Shown: positions 1 to 13,737 of the stretch, piece by piece
Layout of the letters: each line of letters begins with the position of its first letter
Numbering within the stretch: position 1 is the first letter of the stretch
NCBI RefSeq assembly: GCF_001194135.2
Contig: NC_068993.1
Location: forward strand, 52,903,744 to 52,967,743
Origin: Octopus bimaculoides
Taxonomy: Eukaryota
DNA length: 64,000 nucleotides
Reading direction: 5' to 3'
Program-made: the position numbers and the translations under genes
Notes under the pieces: model-generated
Seen by the model: the letters and a program-made list of their open reading frames with translations, nothing else
The model's database searches: none
Told to the model about the DNA's origin: nothing

Positions 1-739
1 AAAGAAGCGAGCCTGTGTGTGGTCAATCGAGTTGCTAGAAATAGTAGCTGTATCGCTCTTCAAATTATGCCTACTACCTCCTTAAAAAAAGTGTCCTGAC
101 ACAGTCAATAATATAGTTCCTAGATAACGCTAGAAAGACATGATAGTTAATGGTAAAATGCCTTTTATCACAGGTCTACTTAAAAATGGAATTTCTGGAT
201 TCCTGCTAAAAGAATCCAGATTTTTAATCTTGTATCGCTTATTTGTTTCCGTCATTGGGCTGCGGCCATGATGGAGCACAGCCTTGGATTTAGTCAAACA
301 AACCGATTCCAGCACTTCCGGTTGTTAGGTACAAACACACATACATATATACAAGGAGAGCTTTCAGTTTCCATCTATCAAATCCACTCAGATTTGGTCG
401 GCCCAGGGCTTTAAGTGGTTGGGAAACAAGCTTCTTACTACATAGCCAAGCCTGCTAAACGAAGCCTAGCTTGGTGCATTATACATTATACAATAGCTAC
501 TAACAATAAGCCCAGAAGTTGCAGACAGCTGTGGGACAATGTTGAGTATAGGTGCAGGCAGGGCTGTACATAGTGGAAGCTGAGGGTTGCTACTTTGAGT
601 AAATTGTTACTCCCAGCCATAATCTAGTTCCTTTAATGCAAGCCGTTAAATTTAGTCCGAACACCCTGCATATGTATACACGTGTGTGCATATATATATA
701 TACACACACACACACATATACATACATACATATCATCAT

Positions 740-1168
740 CATCGTTTGTGCAATCATTAAACTGTGGCCATACTGGAGCACCACCTCGAGGAATTTTAGT
801 TGAATTAATTGACTTCAGTACTTATTTTCTCTTTTAAATCTGGTACTTCATCTATTGGTCTTGCCAAACTGCTAAGTTATGAGGACACTTGTTGTCAAGC
901 AATGGTGGGGGACAAACACACACACAAGGCCCAAGGCTATTGTAGAGAACACTGGCCCAAGGTGCTACACGGTGGGACTGAACCTGGAACCATGTGGTTG
1001 GGAAGCAAACTTCTTGATGGACATTTTCAGGTTCTGTCAACCAAATCTACTCACAAAGATTTGGTTGGACCAAAGCTAGAGAAGAAAACACTTGCCCAAG
1101 GTGCTAAACAGTGGGTTTGAACCTAAAACCATGTAGCTGGGAAGCAAACTTCTTAACCACACAGCCAA
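740..1168 (-). mobile_element. SINE family A composite with two tRNA-like heads, just downstream of the POMP poly(A) site
   Basis: The head motif GAACCxxAACCATGTxGxTGGGAAGCAAACTTCTT occurs at ~980-1015 and again at ~1120-1155. Confidence 0.75.
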
Positions 1169-1231
1169 TTTCTATGTCTGTCATCCGTTTACAGCTATGT
1201 GTTACAGACTTTAATAAATTCACACAAATAT

Positions 1232-1267
1232 AAGCAACACAACACATGAAGAGAAAAGAGATTTATT
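1232..1267 (-). terminator. POMP polyadenylation signal, predicted cleavage site and GU-rich element
   Basis: Minus strand: AATAAA (1267-1262), then TCTCTTTTCTCTTCA (CA ending 1247), then TGTGTTGTGTTG. A second ATTAAA lies at 1215-1210. Confidence 0.75.
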
Positions 1268-1341
1268 TCAAAAGGTTCATTAAAAAAACAAATGAAAATA
1301 AAAAATTCTAAAGAGAAAATCCTTCTTCTCGGAATTGCAGT

Positions 1342-1409
1342 TTAGAGTATATTCAACTGAGCTTCCATTAAAATGTGTGGATCAGTCATTGTCTCACTGA
1401 ATTCATGAG
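1342..1409 (-). CDS. POMP: POMP exon 6 coding part (68 nt; T-HEFSETMTDPHILMEAQLNIL*)
   Basis: Long polypyrimidine tract TCTCTTTATTTCTTTTCTTTTCTACTTTCAG. The phase-1 start fits exon 5. Aligns to human PSQSEVMGEPHLMVEYKLGLL*. TAA stop at 1344-1342, followed by a poly(A) signal. Confidence 0.9.
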
Positions 1410-2213
1410 CTGAAAGTAGAAAAGAAAAGAAATAAAGAGATGAGATGGCAGAATAAATATTAAGGTGTCTCTATAAGTGCAGCCATTCAACCTGCAAGAA
1501 ATAGTTGCTAAAATCTCCCTTATATCACATCTTACCATCCTAACAATGAACAATGAAAAGGGACACATTACATAATCTAATTCCAGAAACACTATGCCTG
1601 AAAACACAGCTGGAATGCTTTTAATCACAAAGTAGCTAGATCAGGGCTGATCTTGTGTTAAAAAGCAGCAACAAGAAGAGATAGCTAATATAAGAGCAAT
1701 ATTTATGGTGTTGATGTATAAACCCTTTACTGTTCAGCTTACTCAGTAAAACATAAATCTTATATTATTTTGAATTAATCAAGCATTTTCTCATGGCTTT
1801 GAGATTTAGATGATGTGGATGTTTATTCCTGGAATGACATTGTAGGGTAGGTATGAAAGGGCTATCTGGCCGGTTTAACTGCTAAAAGTATAAACAATGA
1901 CATTAATGTATTAGGTTTGTATAAAACTAGTTAATGTTTTAGCAATGCAGAATAATCTGAGGTAGGACAGACGCAGAGTAACAGTGATGGACACTACACA
2001 GTAAGGTGTATAAAGATGTGTGTGTGTGTGTGTGTGTGTACACACTTTTGTAAATGTTGGTGTGGTTGTGAAGCAATAGTGACCTTGGAGCATAATAACC
2101 TGAACATATTACCAGAACAAGTGGAATTGTGTGTATTTTGGGGTGAAATATCAGGAATTGAAATAAAGAAGTGGGAAGTCGGTAATTGGTATGTGTGTGT
2201 GCGTGTATGTGCA

Positions 2214-2251
<38 letters not shown>

Positions 2252-2429
2252 GTGGAGAGGGAATAAGAAAATAAAAATGGATGAAATAAGGAAGGAAACA
2301 AAGAAATAAACAACAATAAAGGAAACAAAAGCATAGGGGGGAGAGAGAAATGAGATGAAAGTAATAATGAGAACTGTTAACAAGAAGGAAGTCAATTGTG
2401 CATCAACAAGAGGAGTTTTCCTGTTGAAT

Positions 2430-2479
<50 letters not shown>

Positions 2480-3090
2480 AAGAGGTGTACTGGTCATTAT
2501 AGTCAAGTAGTTGTTGTGGTCAGTGGTCAGAAGAAATAAAACCTAGAAAAATAATTAGTTCCTTAAAATATCGGCTTCAAGTGTTTCCTATTCTCGGTGC
2601 TTGTCATGGTTCGGGTATCTTTTGGCAACAAAATTCACCACTGGACAGATTAGCTTGAAATAACCAAATCTTCTTAATCTAAACTGCTGTTTGTAGTTGT
2701 TGACACAGTGTTTGCATTGTCATTGATGATGCTGTGACCTTGAAGCATTGTTGTCATCGTCGTCGTCATCGCTACATCTGCTAGCATTACCATCACCACC
2801 ACTTCTATATCACAGTATGGCACCTTGGACACGTATCCTCTTATGTAGTAGTTCTCAACCAGGGTCCAAATAAGATTTTGTTCTTAAATCTTATTAGCAA
2901 TCAATTGGTTATACTTCTACAATTTCTTTTATTCTTTTATTTGTTTGTTGTTTGACTGCGGCCATGCTGGAGCATGGCCTTTAGCCGAACAAATCGACAC
3001 CAAGATTTATTCTTTGTAAGCCTAGTACTTCTTCTATCAGTCTCTTTTGCCGAACTGCTAAGTTGCAGGGACAACCACAGACATACAAAC

Positions 3091-3184
<94 letters not shown>

Positions 3185-3233
3185 GTATATATATGTATAT
3201 ATATGTATATATATGTATATATATATATATATA
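3091..3233. repeat. Long (AT)n / (ATATGT)n microsatellite
   Basis: Read directly. Source of the IYIYIY ORFs. Confidence 0.98.
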
Positions 3234-3408
3234 TCAACTTTAAATAGAGCTCAAAACTGATCCGTTGAAAATACTTTATTACAATAATAATAATAATAAT
3301 GAAATTGACCTATGTACATTTCGATGGAACATCCAGAATGATTAATACATATCATAAGATATTATAAAATATTATAAAATATAGGATACTCGATCTCCTC
3401 GGGGTCCC

Positions 3409-3440
3409 ATTATTATTGCTATTATTATTATTATTATTAT

Positions 3441-3478
<38 letters not shown>

Positions 3479-3480
3479 AT
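3409..3480. repeat. Compound (ATT)n(AGT)n microsatellite
   Basis: Read directly. Confidence 0.9.
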
Positions 3481-6400
3481 ATACAGCCAATAAAACCAGA
3501 AAACATTCAAATCCAATTTTCATAGTTGACCCATAAAACAGTATTTAAACTGGCCATATCCAGCCCAAACATTCTACCTGTTTATGTTCAAACTGGTTAG
3601 ATCTGACCTCTCTAACAATGTCATTCTCAAAATAAATAATCACATCATTGAAATCTTAGAACTACAAGATAAAACAGGAAATTTATATCCCAGAATCAAA
3701 GGCAGTCACAGGTTGATTGATATCGAAAGAGTTAAGGGGAAGTGAATGAAGTTATATGCGTTAGAAACGAAATTAAGATGAAGTTAAGAGAAAAATACCA
3801 GTATAACTGTACTTTATATGACCTGGAATCCTACAGACATAAATGGGTGGCCTTCATTTTAAGCTAAAATACATTTACTCCTTCAGAAAGACCATGCCTA
3901 ATTTTATAATTAGATTTTTTTTTTAAATTCTTTTTACTTAGCAAAGAATGTCCACACACACACACACACACACACATACAAATGGCCATAACACACAAAA
4001 CCCATATATAGATAGACACACATACAGAGGATAGTGGAGAGTGTATCATTGCTGTAGGCTAAGTAAGTATGGTGTTTAATCTATGTTCAACATTGAGTGT
4101 ACTGTGCAGCAACAAGAGGGAGAGAGAGGGGGGGAGAAATGGTGAGAGGACCATGTATCACAGTTCAACACACCTCACATGCACACACATATATGAAAGG
4201 TTGTTATTTAGTTAAAGCTAATTGTTGCATATTTACCATAAATTCACAACACCCTGTCTGTTACGTCTAATAATAAACACAAAGTTAATCATTAAGGACA
4301 AAAGGGGGGGGAGAAAGAAAGAACAACCCACCCTGGGAGAAATAATCTGAATTTAACAATAAAATATAAAAGAGTGAGATGTGAGCAACTTGAAGTAAAA
4401 TATAATAATGATATATAATTAGTAGAGAAATTTTGAGGACTAATTAGTGTGTGAAATATGAGGAGGATTAAGGCTTGATGTAGCTAGGTCAAATTTGCAA
4501 CAATAGAGAAGATGACAACTATGACAATGATGACAATGATAACAACATTGATGATGATAATGACAATGCTAATGGTGATGATGATGATGACACAAGGCAG
4601 GATGGATTAATACTTCTTAGACTCATAGAATAATACAAGCATTGATAGTGACATAGTAAGGAGTGACAAAGTAACATAATTCTAGAACTTTACACATTAC
4701 TTGATGCACAAGACAAGTGCAACAAATCTGCAGTGTAGTAAGCAAGATATGGGACAGAGAAGAAAAAAAAGAAGCATATGAAGCATATGAAGGTGGCAGT
4801 GGTGATAATGATGGTGGTGGTGGTGGTGGTGTTTGTGATGGTAATGGAAGAAGGAAAGAGAGGATGCAGTATATTTAATAGCTTACCGACATGAAAGTAT
4901 TAAAGTTCACAGAAATGACTGATGAAAATACACCACCACAGGAGTGGAGTCACTATTTAAAAACAAATTATAACAAAGCTGAAATGAAATTTTGAATCAA
5001 ACACATGAAGGATCTGGAAGTCCATGAGTAATTGTTGGAAAAGGTTAGCACCAGAAAATGTATAAAACACAGGATGGGTTTGAGGTTCAATCTCAGCATG
5101 TGTAACATGGGAAGTTCCTTAACATAGGATTCTGAGTTTTCCTAGGGTGGCCTTTTTTTATATTTCATCTGTAAATTAAATTGTTACATGATTTTCCACC
5201 ACTGGAGCCTTTAGAAGATATATTTGTTAAGAATGGCTGTTAAGTTAGTATCTGGAACATAATTTATCATGAAATATAGACAGAAGGTACTAAATCTAGA
5301 TTACTTTAAAACAGGAATTTTGTATCAAAGAACAAAAGGTAGATTCAGATGGAATGATATCAAAAGTGTTAACGTTTGTCCTCTGGTGAAATTGATAAAA
5401 ATCCAATACAAAAATACATAAAACTAAGGTACTAAAAGTACCTGAGCTGATAAAGCAGGGAAAAAATAACTATACCATCGACAGAAGTAGAAGAAATAAA
5501 ACAACTAACCTAGCCAAACTGATAAACTCATATGACTCAATAAAGAAAACCCTGCACAGAACAGGGTTTATCAAGAGAATATTTCATGGCTTAGTTGAAT
5601 AGTTAGTTCTTTTTTAAAACACCATTTACCAACATAACATACAAAGATACATACACAGAAAGACATATATTTGCTATATATTTATTACAAGACGTGGAAG
5701 TAACAAAGAAGTGTTTTGTCCATAAAGACAAGAGAGTATATTTTACATGTATATATACTGAGTGTGAGTGGGGGATTCTTATAAATAATGGAATGTACGG
5801 AGTAAGTTGTAGTCTTCTGACCCGTATAAGAAGGCTGTAATTCTAAATAAGAACAGATTCAATTTGTAATGATCTGCCTAACCCATAAAAGCATGGAAAA
5901 GTGAATGTAAACACTTTCCAAAATTTAGGAAAATCTTTGCACAAGAAACTTCAGGTCCATGTGTAACTCCTGTAGTATTTTCAGCTTAAAAATAATGTGT
6001 ATGTAAATACATAAACACTCACAGGCACACAGGCACATATACGTGTGTGTGTGTGTGTGTGTATACAGAAGTGAAAGGATTCTCACCCTTACCATTTTTT
6101 TTTTATTATCTGACTGACACATGTTAGCTGAGGAAAATTTTTAATAGATACTTTATAAAAAAATTAAATAAAAAAAAAGGAGAAACATTATTGAGGAGTT
6201 ATTAATTAATGAATAAATAATTAGATCTCATTATATGTCAGCTATTTTAAGATCTGACATCCAACTATGAAGCAAGATAGAAAAGTAATGACTGCTCAGC
6301 TTGAAAGTCACAAAGCCTAGTGTTTGTACCTAGAATGCATATAACCTATATAAATGAGGCAATTCATCGAAATAATTGGCCTCTATCCCAACCAATAAGG

Positions 6401-6750
6401 ACACACACACACACACACACACATGTATGCACACATGCACAAACATCTCAGATAAATTAACTTAGAAGCAATTAATCTAGCCTAGATACCAAACTGTGTC
6501 AATACTTGTGTTCACTAAGTGAATGGTAAGCTAGGATTGTTCAGTTTCCATCAACAGTAAATTTTTGATTATCTACTCCATTTTTACTTTCCATAATTGA
6601 ATAAACAAGGGCTGCTGACTGGAAAAAAGAGAAAGAGAGAAATAAAGGAAGGAGAGAGAAAGAGAGAGAGAAGGGTATTCTAACCTGAATTTAAAAATTT
6701 TTCTTAAAGGTTGCACCAAGGTATGCTTTAAGGTCCACCAGTCTCTCTCT

Positions 6751-6789
<39 letters not shown>

Positions 6790-9700
6790 TCTCTCTCTCT
6801 CTCTCCCAGACTTGTGTTGTCATCTCTTTCTCACACACTCATACATACATTTCATTTATATACAATCTCATTTCCACATCAAATATAGGATCCATTAAAC
6901 AATCTGCAATAGGACTTCTCAACCTAGTTTTACTCAACAGCAGCATTAAAGTAGAAACATTAAACTGCTGAAGATAACACACTAATAACAGCACTTCTTA
7001 ACTATTTTGCTAACACATATCAGAGTTTCCATGGAGTTTACTGTTTCACTTTGATATCTTCAGTTGGCATAATGATCTTTGATAACTTCACGTTTAAACA
7101 TTACCTACCTACCAAGCTGAACAAACTATTGCCATATTATACCTTCAAAACTCATGAGTTAATTCAGAATCTAAAGTATGTATAACCTGACCAATTGGTT
7201 AGTGAGGAGATATGATAAATAGTTATATTCAAGTAGCTGAAAACTGTTATTATAGTAACAGAATTTACAGGAAGGGTGGTGGTGGCAGTGGTGGCAGGTT
7301 AAAATATTCATTTCGAATTTTGACACAAGGCCAGACAGAGGCTAATTCAATTATATCAATCCCAGCTCTCAACTGGTACTTATTTTTATCAACTACAAAA
7401 GGATAAAAGGCAAAGTTGACCTCTACAGAATCTGAACTCTGAATGTAAAAACAGACAAAGTGCCACTACACATTCTGCTCATCATGCTAACAATTCTGCG
7501 AGCTCGCCACCTTGTGCTGGGTTAATATATTAACCAAACTGACTTACAGACAGCTCTTCCTCTTCATTGTCATTCAATTTAAAACTCATTTTGTACAATA
7601 GCATGAGTTTTGTTTCATCACATTGGTAAGAATAGTCTGTATGGATAGAGTTCACTTCATAACCACATAGTTTTTGGTTCTGCCCAACTGTATGGCACCC
7701 AAGGCAATAAGCATTTACTATAACCTAAGACTGACCACAATGCCTTGCAACCGAAACTGACAGACAGAAATTGTATGGAAGTCAGTTGAATATATTTCTA
7801 TATCTATGTGTACACACACACAAAGACATACACACAAGCATGCATGTATATATTTATGTGGGTATGTATGTATATATGTATACATATGATTATTTACTCT
7901 TGTGTGTCTTCACATGATGCCATTTCAGCAAAAATGGTGTTGCTATGTTTATATCTGTAAACAATGTGCCCAGTAGCTCTGTCGTTTTGACTAGTGAAGA
8001 CCAGTGGAATAATAACATTAATAATAATAATAATAATACTTTACTTGAAAATCTAATAAGGATCAGTGACAGAATACTGTCCCTATAAGTCTGTTGAACG
8101 CATACAAGTATGGAAAAAAGAAAAATAAACTACAGATGCAAAAGTAAAACTTATACTAATGATGATGATGATGATGATGATGATGCTAACAAGTCGCATA
8201 GCAACAAGAATTGCTTCTTGTTTGAGCAGCAATTTGAGTATTAGATGCTTGATGCTTCTTCACCTACAAGTAGATATATTATTACAGCAGCCTTCTAACA
8301 TGCCACCATATTTGTCAAGCCATTATATTTTACATTGTGTCAACTAATGACTGTCACAAAAGCAGAGAACTTGTTTGTAACAGTTTTACTCATTCATATC
8401 AAGTGTATTGCTAATTAAACCATAGAAACAGAAGTCATACAATCTCTCCCTCTCTCTCATTTCAATTTGGTTTCTGCTGGTCAAAGTAGCCAATTAACCT
8501 TAGTCAACCCAGTCATCTGCTCAGGATCTACTCTGAATCACTGATTGACACATACTTTAATTGAAAATGCATTTACTGTGAAAAGAAAACAAAGGACAAT
8601 ATTTTATATATGAACAAGTCTAGCTGTAAACAGAATTCTCAGTTTACAAAGTAAGATACAAGGATAGAAGGAGCCTTTTTCTTCTTATGTAACACACGTT
8701 TTTTAACGGTAAGCACTCTATCATTTTGGATTAGATTGGATTGCCCATGCTCGGTCCACTGCAGGACAAAGACCCCAGCATGTTCCCTCCACCAGAGAAT
8801 GGCTTGAGATCATACAGGTTTGATGAGCCTACTCTGCTACACTGGCTTAACATGGTTTGACAGTGGGATGCAGTTTTTTAATATTCATACTCAGGAGTGG
8901 TTAAGTTGATTACATCAACCCCAGTGCTCAACTAGGACTTATTTTATCAATTCTGAAAGGATGAAAGGCAAAGTCAACCTTGGCAGAATTTGAACTCAGA
9001 ATGTAAAGACAAACAAAAGAGCACTAAGCATTACATTCAGTATGCTAATTCTGCCAGCTCACCACCTATCATAAAGTGAAATTAATTTTTGTAGGAACAA
9101 GCATGGCTGTGTGGTTAAGAAGTTTACTGCATGGCTTTGAGTTCTGTTCCACTGTGCAGCATTTTGGGCAAAGGTCTTATACTATAACAATGAGCAGACC
9201 AATGCCTTGTAAGGGAATTTGGTAGATGGAAACTGAAAGAAGCCTGTTGTATGTGTCTCTGCACATTTCTTATCTCCTATCTTTTATTTGTTTCAGTCAT
9301 TGGACTGCAGTCATACTGGAGCACCATCTTCAAAGGTTTTAGTCAAACAAACGAAACCCAGTACTTATTCTATTGTTCCCCTTTGTTGAACCACTTAGTC
9401 GTGGGGATGTAAACAAACCAATGCCAGCTGTCAAGTGGTGGAGAGGGACAAACAGAAAAGTACACACACACGCGCGCACACACACACACACGCGCACACA
9501 CACACACACACACACAAATTCTGCACTTGAGTTCCTCTGGAATAAAAATTCTCTTATGATTAAAAAAACAAAAAACAAAAAGGCAAGTGTTGGCAACAGA
9601 AAAGCACCCCGTTATAAAAACCCAATCCCAAGTACCTCTCCACCTAATCTTTGCTAGTATGGGAAAACAGGCATTCAAACAAACAGTGAGCAAATACTGT

Positions 9701-10349
9701 CAAACAACAAACACTTTACCATAAACTGCAACCAATTAATATTTCCATGTTGAGCAGATTTTCTTGAGACATCAATGCCAACACATGGATCTCATTATTT
9801 ATTCCTTTTCAACGGCTTTAGGCATATATGGAGTTTGTTTATTGCAAACATAAAGCAAGCAACAAAAAATCAGAGCTATGCTACAATTTAATATATGTAT
9901 ATATATAGGCTGTTATGATACATTAGGACTTTGTTACAATGAACAATCATATAATGATTGACGTAATTGCAGATTTTTTCCAGAAAAACTTTAGATGGGG
10001 GAAATTAGCTCAACTCTGTTCCACTAATTGTTTTCTTTTACACATTGATAGAATTTAATTCACAAATATCCACAAGTTTTGTAACTCGATCAGTCTCATT
10101 AAAGCACCACCAGCAACAAACAACAATAATAATAATCCGTTCTACTATAGGCTCTAGGCCTGGAATTTTGGGAGAGGGGTTAAGTCAATTACTTTGATCC
10201 CCAGTACTCAACTGGTACTTAATTTATCAACCCTGGAAGGATGAAAGGCAAATTCGACCTCGGCAGAATTTGAACTCAGATCGTGAAGATGAGTAAAATG
10301 CTCAGTAGCATTTTTCCTGGCAAGCTAATGATTCTGCCAGCTCGCTTCC

Positions 10350-10384
<35 letters not shown>

Positions 10385-10789
10385 CAATCGATTACATCAG
10401 CACTCAACTAGTGCTCATTTTATCAACCCTGAAAGGATGAAAAGCAAAGTTGATTTTGATGAGATTTGAACTCATCACATAAAGAACCAGAAGAAATGCT
10501 GCTAAGCATTTTCTCTGATATACTAACAATTCAAGTAGCCTCCTGCCTTCTCAATAATAAGAATAATAATGTAGCTTTCTTATTTTGGCGCATGGCCAAA
10601 AATTATTCTAGGGGAATGAGGTTAGTCAATTATATTGACCCCCAAGTACTCAAGGTAGCAATTATGTCATCCACCTTGAAATGATGAGAGACACAGTTAA
10701 CTTTGATGGAATTTAAATGTAAAGAGTCAGAAGAAATGCTGCTGAGGATTTTGCCCAGCATGCTAAGGATTCTATCAATCCTAATAATA

Positions 10790-11839
10790 TTAGGTTGTCA
10801 AGAAAGTTCTTGCGGTTTTTAACCTTTAAATTCAGATGCACATATCTCAGCTCAAACAAAACTTTATTAGTCAGTGGTAGTCTGAAGGCGAGAGGTCTGG
10901 TGAGTATGTCAGATGAGGCAGAGTTTTGTAGCCTAATTCGTTCAACTTCTGCAGGGTCAGTTGTGCGACATGCGGCCAAGCGTTGTCATGGAGAAGAATT
11001 GGTCCTTTTCTATTGACCAATGCTGGCTGTTGTAGTCGGAGTTTTTTATGCATTTCATCCATTTGCTGAAAGTACTTCTCTGCTATAATGGCTTCGCCTG
11101 GATCCAAAAAGTTGTGATGGATGAGACCGGCCGCAGACCACCAAACAGTTACCATGACCTTCTTTTGGTGCAACTTTGGCCCCAGGAAGTGCCGTGGAGC
11201 TTCACTGGCATCCAACCACTAAGCTGAGCATCACCAGTTGTTGTAGAGAATCCACCTTTCATCGCAAGTCACAATCCGGTCGAGAAACGGGTCATTTTTG
11301 TTGCATAAAAGAAGGGAAGATGACACTTCAAAATGGCGTTTTTTTTTTTTGGTTGTCGTTCAATTCGTGCGGCACCCATTTCTCAAGTATTTTTGTTTTT
11401 CCAATCTCTTTCAAGTGGTTGGAAATTGTCGTGTACATTACGTCTAATTCAGAAGCAAGCTCTTGAACAGTTGTGTGTGGACTGGCTTCCACTAAGGCTT
11501 TTAGTCAACATCCGATGGCCGACCATTACGCGTATCATCTTCAAGACTCTCATAACTGCTACGAAATTTCTGGAACCACTATTGTGCTGTACGTTCATTA
11601 GTGGTTCCTGGGCCAAATGCATCGTTGATATCGTGAGCTGTTTCAGCAGCTTTTCGGCCTAGCTTGAACTGGAATAAGAAAATTGTGCGAATTTGCTTTT
11701 TGTCCATGCATTTAATGTTCCGGAAAAAATGGCCTAATTATTCAGAAAGAAAAAGAGTAACACGATTAGATAGAGCGAAAAATGGGCTTTATTTAAAGCC
11801 AAAATTTAAAATTCCGCAAGAACTTTCTTGACAACCTAA
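10790..11839 (-). mobile_element. Mariner DNA transposon (Hsmar1/cecropia-like), non-autonomous, 1050 bp
   Basis: Perfect 26-bp TIRs (TTAGGTTGTCAAGAAAGTTCTTGCGG at 10790-10815, its reverse complement at 11814-11839) and a TA target duplication on both sides. Confidence 0.95.
10871..11707 (-). pseudogene. Disrupted mariner transposase
   Basis: Starts MDKKQIRTIFLFQFKLGRKAAETA. Has WVPHEL, TCDE, HDNA and YSPDLSPSDYH (D,D34D). Contains in-frame stops and frameshifts, and the C-terminus after DYH is missing. Confidence 0.93.
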
Positions 11840-13389
11840 TAGTAATAGTAGTATTAATAATGATGATAGTTTCAAATTTTGGCACAAGGCCAGCAGGTTT
11901 GGTGGAGAGGGTAAGTCAATTACATCAACCCCTGTGTTCAACTGGTACTTATTTAATCAACTCTGAAAGGATGAAAGGCAAAGCCAACCTCAGCGGAATT
12001 TGAACTCAGAACATAAAGCTGGACAAAATTCTGCTACACATTCTACCCAGCATGCTAATGATTTTGCCAGTTCGCCACCTTAATAATAATATAATAATAA
12101 ACAGTGCTTACTTTATAAACCATGAAGGTTGACAAAAACATGGAGGGCGGTAATAATAACAACTCAATAATTAATAGACACAAAACAACTCTGACAGCAG
12201 CAACATTTTTCATCCTAGGCATCTGTTAATAGAACAATCTATCCAAGAAAGAGAGTAACCCAATTCCAGTTTTGCACATGGGAAGCTCCTCAACTGTTGC
12301 AGTTGAAGCACTAAATGATTAATGGCAAACACTCATTATTTTCTGTTCAGGTAACTAAGTTCTCTTTAAGTGTGATTTAGCATCCAATCCCTCGCAATAC
12401 AAAATATGTTATTTCTGTCAATGACCCTGCAATCACAACAAGCAATTGTTTCAGTTCACACTAACACTGCAATAAAAATCTGCACAAGATAGAAACCTAT
12501 CTACAACTGCTACCAACCTTACTTTGTCTTATCCTTTCTTTATTTACTTTTCAGAAACCGAGAATAAGTACATTTCTCTTTCTCTGTCTATAATCTATTA
12601 TAGCTCAATAAAATTTTTTAATAATACCACCCAGCTTTGAAACGAGACAGTGTGATATTATTTTTCATCCAAGCCAATTGTCAGCCTACCAAAAACATGG
12701 ATTTTTATCTAAAGGAAAGATTTTGTCTAAGACTCAGTTCCCTTGACTATTTATTGTCAGTGTATCCAACATATTAGCAGCCCACTGAAGAGGAAAAATT
12801 ATTAGGTTATAAAAGCTAGACTGATACCAAATATATTCTTTTATAACCATGTGATTCCTGTAACACCATTGGCACTAACCAGCTGAGAACTTTGCTTATG
12901 GTATTAGTGAAGACATGATGGTTAGAGTGTTGAGCTCTTGATCGTAAAGTGGTAGGTTCAACTCATGAACCAAACAGTGCATTAAGTCCTTAAGTAAAGC
13001 ACTGTATTTCATGTTGTTCCATTCTACTCAACTGGAACGAGTACCAGTCGAGTGCTGGCACAGACCCCGCTCTGTGTCTCTCTACTCATGAATATGCAAG
13101 CACTTAAAACAATTAGCAAAAGTATGGTTCATGCTACATAATAGCTTGTGAGTCATGGCTATGAATGAATGAAGTTCACCACCATCTCAAGAAAGAAATC
13201 AAAACACCTAGTATTTGTTTATGCTATGCTTTTGTTTCTACCATAACCTCCACAGCTTCAACAACAAATTTCCTGAACCTTTGTGGATACCAACCTGCAA
13301 GGCTTGCTGCTGCTGGTTCTATGATAACAAATTTGTTGTTTTAAAGTGATCTAAATTAAAATTTCCCTTCAAATATTCATAGCAAACAT

Positions 13390-13690
13390 TCGTTGTCGTC
13401 GTCGTCATCATTTAACGTCTGCTTTCCATGCTAGCATGGGTTGGACGATTTGACTGAGGACTGGTGAAACCCGATGGCTACACCAGGCTCCAATCTGATT
13501 TGGCAGAGTTTCTACAGCTGGATGCCCTTCCTAACGCCAACCACTCAGAGAGTGTAGTGGGTGCTTTTATGTGCCACTGGCACGAGGGCCAGTCAGGTGG
13601 TACTGGCAACGGCCACGCTCGAAATGGTGTATTTTACGTGCCACCTGCACAGGAGCCAGTCCAGCGGCACTGGCAACGATCTTGCTCGAA
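13390..13690 (-). mobile_element. RTE 3'-UTR copy (young)
   Basis: Near-identical in reverse complement to 27137-27456, e.g. CCAGTCCTCAGTCAAATCGTCCAACCCATGCTAGCATGGAAAGC. Confidence 0.9.
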
Positions 13691-13737
13691 TATGTATGTA
13701 TATGCGTGTGCGTGTGTCTATAGATATATGTATATTC

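Noticed and set aside
2937-3260. ORFs rich in IY, HT, CV, RE or LS dipeptides (here and throughout the track)
   Set aside because: They are translations of (AT)n, (CA)n and (GA)n microsatellites.
7548-7636. Exon-like segment (AG...GTAAGT) reading YSYQCDETKLMLLYKMSFKLNDNEEEELS, phase-compatible after exon 5
   Set aside because: The acceptor is weak and lies in the antisense head of a SINE-A. There is no POMP similarity, and the true exon 6 was found at 1409.
10134-12080. CRISPR-like or prokaryotic array
   Set aside because: The units are ~200-bp SINEs in a spliced eukaryotic locus, with no short repeat-spacer structure.
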